DNA of 64,000 bases from positions 1,171-65,170 of the forward strand of contig CAZIDK010000003.1 in NCBI GenBank assembly GCA_964537895.1, written 5' to 3'. The notes beneath the pieces are model-generated. The model did not search any database and was not told where the DNA came from. It saw only the letters and a list, made by a program, of their open reading frames with translations. Shown here piece by piece: positions 59,467 to 64,000 of the stretch. The stretch's first letter is position 1; each line of letters starts with the position of its first letter. Origin of the DNA: an uncultured Gammaproteobacteria bacterium. Its GTDB lineage: Bacteria > Patescibacteriota > Microgenomatia > Levybacterales > UBA12049. The translations under genes were made by a program, and so were the position numbers.

Positions 59467-60096
59467 ATGGAATTGACGCTCATTGAAAAAAGGCAGGAAA
59501 CCCTAGACGCTGTTTCGTTTTTTTTCAAACCATCCTTCCCTATTTTATGGACTCCCGGGCAGTTTCTAATTTACACTCTTGAGCATAAAAATCCGGATAT
59601 CAGAGGAAAAATGCGTTTTTTTACAATTTCCACGGCACCTTTTGAAAACCATATTGCAATTACTACTAAAATTGACGACAAAACTCCCAGCAGTTTTAAA
59701 AAAGCATTAAGCCAAATGCCAATTGGCGGAAAAATCGAAGGAAAAGGACCGGACGGAAATTTTGTTCTGGAAGACGTATTTGCAGAGTATGTTTTTATTG
59801 CCGGCGGAATAGGAATTACGCCGTTTAGACCGATTATTCTTGATTTGGCAAACGATAAATCTCCGATAAACGTTACGCTTTTATATGCAAATAAAACCGG
59901 AGACATTCTTTTCAAGAATGAGCTTGAAGAAATTGCAAAATCAAACCCAAACTTTAAAATTAATTATTTTATAAGCCCAAATCACATTACTGAGGATTCT
60001 ATCAAGAAACTTGTACCCGATTCAAAACAGCCTTTATATTATATTTCCGGACCAAATAATATGGTTGAAGATTTACTGGCCATATTAAAAAAATAG
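59467..60096 (+). CDS. FNR-like FAD/NAD(P)-binding oxidoreductase domain protein
   Basis: FAD-binding beta-barrel (RFFTIS) and NAD-binding FIAGGIGITPF. Confidence 0.6.
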   Translation: MELTLIEKRQETLDAVSFFFKPSFPILWTPGQFLIYTLEHKNPDIRGKMRFFTISTAPFENHIAITTKIDDKTPSSFKKALSQMPIGGKIEGKGPDGNFVLEDVFAEYVFIAGGIGITPFRPIILDLANDKSPINVTLLYANKTGDILFKNELEEIAKSNPNFKINYFISPNHITEDSIKKLVPDSKQPLYYISGPNNMVEDLLAILKK

Positions 60097-60148
60097 GAGT
60101 TGAAGACAAGAGAATAAAACTTGACTATTTCCACGGCTACGAAAAAAT

Positions 60149-60418
60149 TTAATTATTGCTTCCCGTTTTTACCTGTCCCTCGGTTAAAGCCAGTATTTTC
60201 CCAAGCTCTGCCGTAAGTTTTTTAGCCTGTTCCCTGCTCATTCCAACTCTTGCAACAACTCTAACTTGATTTGTGTTAGCCAGACGCTGAGTAATATCTA
60301 AAACAACGCCATCGGGATTTACCGTAATCATTACGTTATCCGTATATAGAATTGGAGTTGTATCCAAATTAATATTAACTGCCAATTCTTGTTTTTTCTT
60401 TTCATCCATTATTATCAC
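60149..60418 (-). CDS. small hypothetical protein (DUF3467-like)
   Basis: 89-aa ORF. Confidence 0.3.
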   Translation of the reverse strand: MIIMDEKKKQELAVNINLDTTPILYTDNVMITVNPDGVVLDITQRLANTNQVRVVARVGMSREQAKKLTAELGKILALTEGQVKTGSNN

Positions 60419-60464
60419 CCCGCAGTCCGCCGCTAAAGCGCTCCCCGATTTAATCGGGGCAAGC

Positions 60465-61421
60465 TTAGGCGGGCCCTAAATACATTATTTCTTCTTCCAA
60501 TTCAATATTGAATTTTTCTCTGACCGCATTTTTGGCAAAAATAATTAAAGTTTTTACATCGCTTGAAGTCGCATTGCCCAAATTGACAATAAAATTAGGG
60601 TGCTTATCGGAAATCATCGCCTCTCCTTCTTTTTTACCTTTAACGTTTGCAAGAAAAAGTAATTTGGCAGAAGGAATAAGAGGAAACGGGTCATTTTTTA
60701 TGTATTGAGCGAGCTCTCTTTTCCAATTTTCCGGAACGGACTCGACTTTTACATTTTTAAAAGTACTGCCGATGTTTGGATATTCCATCGGATGTTTTGT
60801 ATTTCTGTAATCTATTTTTTCTTGAATTGAGTTTTTTATCGCTTCTTTATCACCGGTTTGCAAACCAAGAGCCACCGATAAAATAATCTCATTTTTCCCC
60901 TGCTCCGATTTAAAGAAACTGTAACGATAATCAAAAAGGCATTCCAGATTTGTTCTTTTCTTTTCCTCAAAGGTGTTAAAATTTAAGCTTACTACTTCTT
61001 TTACGCTATCCCTTATTTCACCCATAAAAGCTCCGGCATTCCCCCTAACAGCACCGCCAATTGTTCCAGGTAATCCTCCTGCCCACTCTAAACCGGATAA
61101 TTGATTTTCAATGCAAAAACTTAAAATTTGCAAAACTAAAACTCCGGCTCCGACAATCAAACCTTCTTCTTTTTTTTCTATCCCCGAGATATTATTATAA
61201 ATAACTAAACCCTCAAAACCCTTTTCGCTTATTAAAATGTTCGTTCCTTTTCCTAAAACAAAAATTCTTTTTTTATTGTCCGGAAAAGCTGACGAAATCT
61301 CTTTCCATTTCCTTAGGCCTTCTAACAACTGCTCTTTTGTTGAAATTTCGAGGAAATAAGATGCGGGTCCGCCTATTTTGTAATTGCTGTAATCTTTAAG
61401 GGGAACATTTTGTCTAATCAT
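60465..61421 (-). CDS. murB: UDP-N-acetylenolpyruvoylglucosamine reductase
   Basis: FAD-binding N-domain (LGKGTNILIS) and GGLPGTIGGAVRGNAGAF. Confidence 0.85.
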   Translation of the reverse strand: MIRQNVPLKDYSNYKIGGPASYFLEISTKEQLLEGLRKWKEISSAFPDNKKRIFVLGKGTNILISEKGFEGLVIYNNISGIEKKEEGLIVGAGVLVLQILSFCIENQLSGLEWAGGLPGTIGGAVRGNAGAFMGEIRDSVKEVVSLNFNTFEEKKRTNLECLFDYRYSFFKSEQGKNEIILSVALGLQTGDKEAIKNSIQEKIDYRNTKHPMEYPNIGSTFKNVKVESVPENWKRELAQYIKNDPFPLIPSAKLLFLANVKGKKEGEAMISDKHPNFIVNLGNATSSDVKTLIIFAKNAVREKFNIELEEEIMYLGPA

Positions 61422-61571
61422 GACTTGATTTTATCACAAAAACTAATAGAAAGATTTTACATTTAACATTTGCCATTCACCATTGATTACCTCATTGTCT
61501 AATTTTTCAATGTTAAATAAATGAAAAATGGAAGATGGAAAATGATAGATAATGATTACCTGTTGGGGATT

Positions 61572-62852
61572 TTATTTTAACAATTCCTCTATGGCTCTTT
61601 CAAGCTGAGTATCGCGGCTTGGATCTTTTGGATTAAGCGCTACCAAAATATCGGGAGTCAAGCCCTTACCGTTAACCCACGTTCCTTTTGGAGTAAGCCA
61701 TTTTGCAATTGTTACATGCAGTCCGGCTCCTTGGCCTAAGTCCTCGGCCTCCTGTATAGTTCCTTTTCCAAATGAAGTTTCTCCGATTAATTTTGCCCTG
61801 TTATTGTCCTTAAGCGCTCCCGCAACTATTTCGCTTGCCGACGCACTTCCTTTATTTATTAAAACAACAATCCGAATATTCGTAAAAACTCCCCGTCTTG
61901 AAGCGTAAAGAGTCTTTTTGTCGCCCGGAATGCCGGTTTCCTGCGAAACTACAGGCAATCCCTGATTTATAAACTCGGAGGCAATAAAAGTAGCATCTGT
62001 TAAATAACCGCCGGGATTATTTCTCAAATCCAAAATCAAACCCTTTACGTTTTTGTTTTTCTTTATCTGAGAGTTTAACTTGTTAACAAGCGTTAACCAT
62101 TCCTGATTGGTGTTATCACCAAATTGCGAAAGTCTTATATAAGCAACTTCGCCGGAATTGGCCTTGGCTTTTGATAAATCAATTACCTGGCATTTATTAC
62201 TGCAATCGACAGGCTTTACCCAGCCGTCAACGCTTTTAATGGTGATCGTATCTCTTATAATTTTAATTTCTTTGGGAGAATTTTCATCTTTATGTAAAAT
62301 TGTTAAGGAAACATCCGTACCTTTAGGCCCCCTTATCTTATCAACCGCCTGCCTTAAGTCCCATCCATTCGTTGATTGACCGTCAACGCCCATTATGGAA
62401 TCTCCTGGTTTTATTCCCGCTTTTTCGGCAGGACTTCCTGTTAAGGGAGCAATAACAATAATTTGTTTATCTTTCATCCCCAGTTCCGCCCCAATTCCTG
62501 AAAATTGTCCCGCTAAACCCTGCTTAAAGTTATTATTTTGAACCGGAGGAAGATATAATGTAAATGGGTCACCCAAAGTCTGCACCATGCCTGCAATGGC
62601 GCCGTTTAGCATCTTTTGGGTATCAAGCTTAGACTTATCGTAATAGTTTGTCTGGAGCTTCTCCCAAACCGTCCACAAAGGCGTGGCATCAATTGCAATT
62701 ACGCCCGCTGGAGGCTCTTTGTTTACAATTTGAAACTTGGGTTTGTAATTTTTCCATTCATAATTTATTTTATTAATGCCAAAAAAATAACCTACTAAAA
62801 GAGAGATTAAAATTACCAAGCTAATTTGTATTTTAAAATTCCTGTTTTTCAT
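61572..62852 (-). CDS. ctpA: C-terminal processing peptidase (S41)
   Basis: PDZ domain and the S41 catalytic region GSASASEIVAGALKD..GETSFGKG. Confidence 0.88.
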   Translation of the reverse strand: MKNRNFKIQISLVILISLLVGYFFGINKINYEWKNYKPKFQIVNKEPPAGVIAIDATPLWTVWEKLQTNYYDKSKLDTQKMLNGAIAGMVQTLGDPFTLYLPPVQNNNFKQGLAGQFSGIGAELGMKDKQIIVIAPLTGSPAEKAGIKPGDSIMGVDGQSTNGWDLRQAVDKIRGPKGTDVSLTILHKDENSPKEIKIIRDTITIKSVDGWVKPVDCSNKCQVIDLSKAKANSGEVAYIRLSQFGDNTNQEWLTLVNKLNSQIKKNKNVKGLILDLRNNPGGYLTDATFIASEFINQGLPVVSQETGIPGDKKTLYASRRGVFTNIRIVVLINKGSASASEIVAGALKDNNRAKLIGETSFGKGTIQEAEDLGQGAGLHVTIAKWLTPKGTWVNGKGLTPDILVALNPKDPSRDTQLERAIEELLK

Positions 62853-63607
62853 AAAATAATTAAGGATTTGTTTTCCGGATCAAGATAAACCTGCTTTTTA
62901 CTATGCTTAACCAATTTATCAAAATCTTCTTCTTCTATTTGCACAACCGGCGATTTTATTGCTTTTTCCTCCAAGTCTTCAAAGTCGCTTTCCCTTATTT
63001 GGGCGCCAATTACCCCCAATGCCCCAAGAGCAAATACTTTAAAAATTGAACCTTTTACGAAGTTTTTACCTAAAACTATCTTTTTGGCAACTTCCGCAGT
63101 TATCTTACTAAAATCTATCTCTTCATCCCCTATTACAAACAACTCCCCCCTTACCTCTTGCCCCCCTGCTCTTTTTGCAACTATGGCCTGCTTTTCTGTT
63201 TTTATGACGATTTTATCATTATTACAAAAATCAACAATTCCATCAACGGGAGAAATGATGGTAATTAAATTTCTCTCTCCCGAATCAGTACGAATTAATA
63301 CATCTCCCTTTTCCTCATCAATTTTAATTATTGTTCCTGAAAATTCGCTGATAATTTTTTTTGTTCCAAGTCCCAAACGGCCTTTTTTTACTGCCAAAAT
63401 ATCTCCTTTGGAAACGCTGTCTCCCAAATTTTTTCTTAAAGTTTTTGCGATTTTTTTAGGAGAAATGCGCAGAATTTGAAAAACGTGGATAACCTCTTCG
63501 ATGCCCTTTTCTTTTTTTTCTGCAATAATTTGGCCTGCCGTTAACTTATCGTTAACAGAAACTTTCGGAGTAAAGCCTTCTGGAAGAAGAACCGGCAGTA
63601 AAGTCAT
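62849..63607 (-). CDS. hypothetical protein with a beta-strand repeat pattern (weakly bactofilin-like)
   Basis: Alternating G.V/I repeats. No peptidase motifs. Stop overlaps the ctpA start by 4 nt. Confidence 0.3.
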   Translation of the reverse strand: MTLLPVLLPEGFTPKVSVNDKLTAGQIIAEKKEKGIEEVIHVFQILRISPKKIAKTLRKNLGDSVSKGDILAVKKGRLGLGTKKIISEFSGTIIKIDEEKGDVLIRTDSGERNLITIISPVDGIVDFCNNDKIVIKTEKQAIVAKRAGGQEVRGELFVIGDEEIDFSKITAEVAKKIVLGKNFVKGSIFKVFALGALGVIGAQIRESDFEDLEEKAIKSPVVQIEEEDFDKLVKHSKKQVYLDPENKSLIIL

Positions 63608-63628
63608 TATTATATTATTATCCTTTTG

Positions 63629-63874
63629 CTATCTTACTATAAAAGGCAAAAGTGCTAAATGTCTTGCGCGCTTTATTTCAACAGTCAGCGCTTTTTGGTG
63701 ACTGGCGCAAAGTCCTGATCTTACTCTTGAAATAATCTTACCTCTTTCGGTAAGAAATCTTTGCAAGACGGCAATTTCGGAGAACGCAGGCTGTTTCTTC
63801 TCATCACAAAAATAACACTTTTTGGGAGCATTATTTTTTTGAATTTTTCTTCTTGGTGTTTTAGCTTTTGCCAT
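63629..63874 (-). CDS. rpsR: 30S ribosomal protein S18
   Basis: CYFC...LQRFLTERGKI..R..SGLCASHQKALTVEIKRARHLALLPF. Confidence 0.9.
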   Translation of the reverse strand: MAKAKTPRRKIQKNNAPKKCYFCDEKKQPAFSEIAVLQRFLTERGKIISRVRSGLCASHQKALTVEIKRARHLALLPFIVR

Positions 63875-63960
63875 ATATTTTTAGCCATCAGCCATTAGCG
63901 TCTAGCTTTTAGTTTAACTAATTGCTAGTTGCTAGTTGCTAGCGGCTAATTACTGGTTAG

Positions 63961-64000
63961 AACGGTATATCGTCGGGCACTATTTCTTCGGATTCGTCCT
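63961..64000 (-). CDS. ssb: 3-prime end of the single-stranded DNA-binding protein gene (partial)
   Basis: The minus-strand frame ends ...DESEEIVPDDIPF-stop, the SSB C-terminal acidic tip. Sits just upstream of rpsR as in the conserved rpsF-ssb-rpsR cluster. Confidence 0.55.

Overview
This is a low-GC (about 35-38%), tightly packed bacterial window with many 4-nt gene overlaps, weak or absent Shine-Dalgarno sequences and TAG/CTA-rich intergenic spacers. TGA is used as a stop codon (dinJ ends in TGA), so standard code 11 applies. The gene content (type IV pilus machinery, H+-pyrophosphatase, minimal housekeeping set, short delta-prime) resembles Patescibacteria/CPR-like genomes; that placement is inference. 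Positions 558-11601 on the minus strand hold a complete type IV pilus / competence-like locus: pilB, pilT, pilC, a major pilin, the prepilin peptidase, seven pilin-like genes and one membrane gene, followed by divergent holB. Positions 12300-16000 form an accessory island carrying a HUH/Y1 transposase (RAYT/IS200-like) embedded in REP-like palindromes, a DinJ-YafQ toxin-antitoxin pair and two orphan hypotheticals. The rest is housekeeping: gyrB, alkA-like, hppA, gyrA, folD, obg, FKBP, xerC/D-like, greA, yebC, rluA, efp, pepA, tRNA-Leu(CAA), fabD, dnaB, pepP, hisS, rpmE, prfA, murB, ctpA, rpsR and a partial ssb. The most unusual signals are several families of short GC-rich palindromic elements with AT-rich GAAAATTGAAAATT-type flanks. 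These sit in intergenic DNA and are also inserted in frame into coding sequences (a pilin leader peptide, the prepilin peptidase twice, the RluA pseudouridine synthase), and some are nested inside one another. Also notable are a recent roughly 365-bp tandem duplication of a pilin gene whose second copy carries a PT-linker, a Cys-rich module and a probably frameshifted beta-helix-like domain; a duplicated 150-bp promoter/operator module driving leaderless genes; and a roughly 1-kb structured noncoding region. No rRNA genes or CRISPR arrays were seen.
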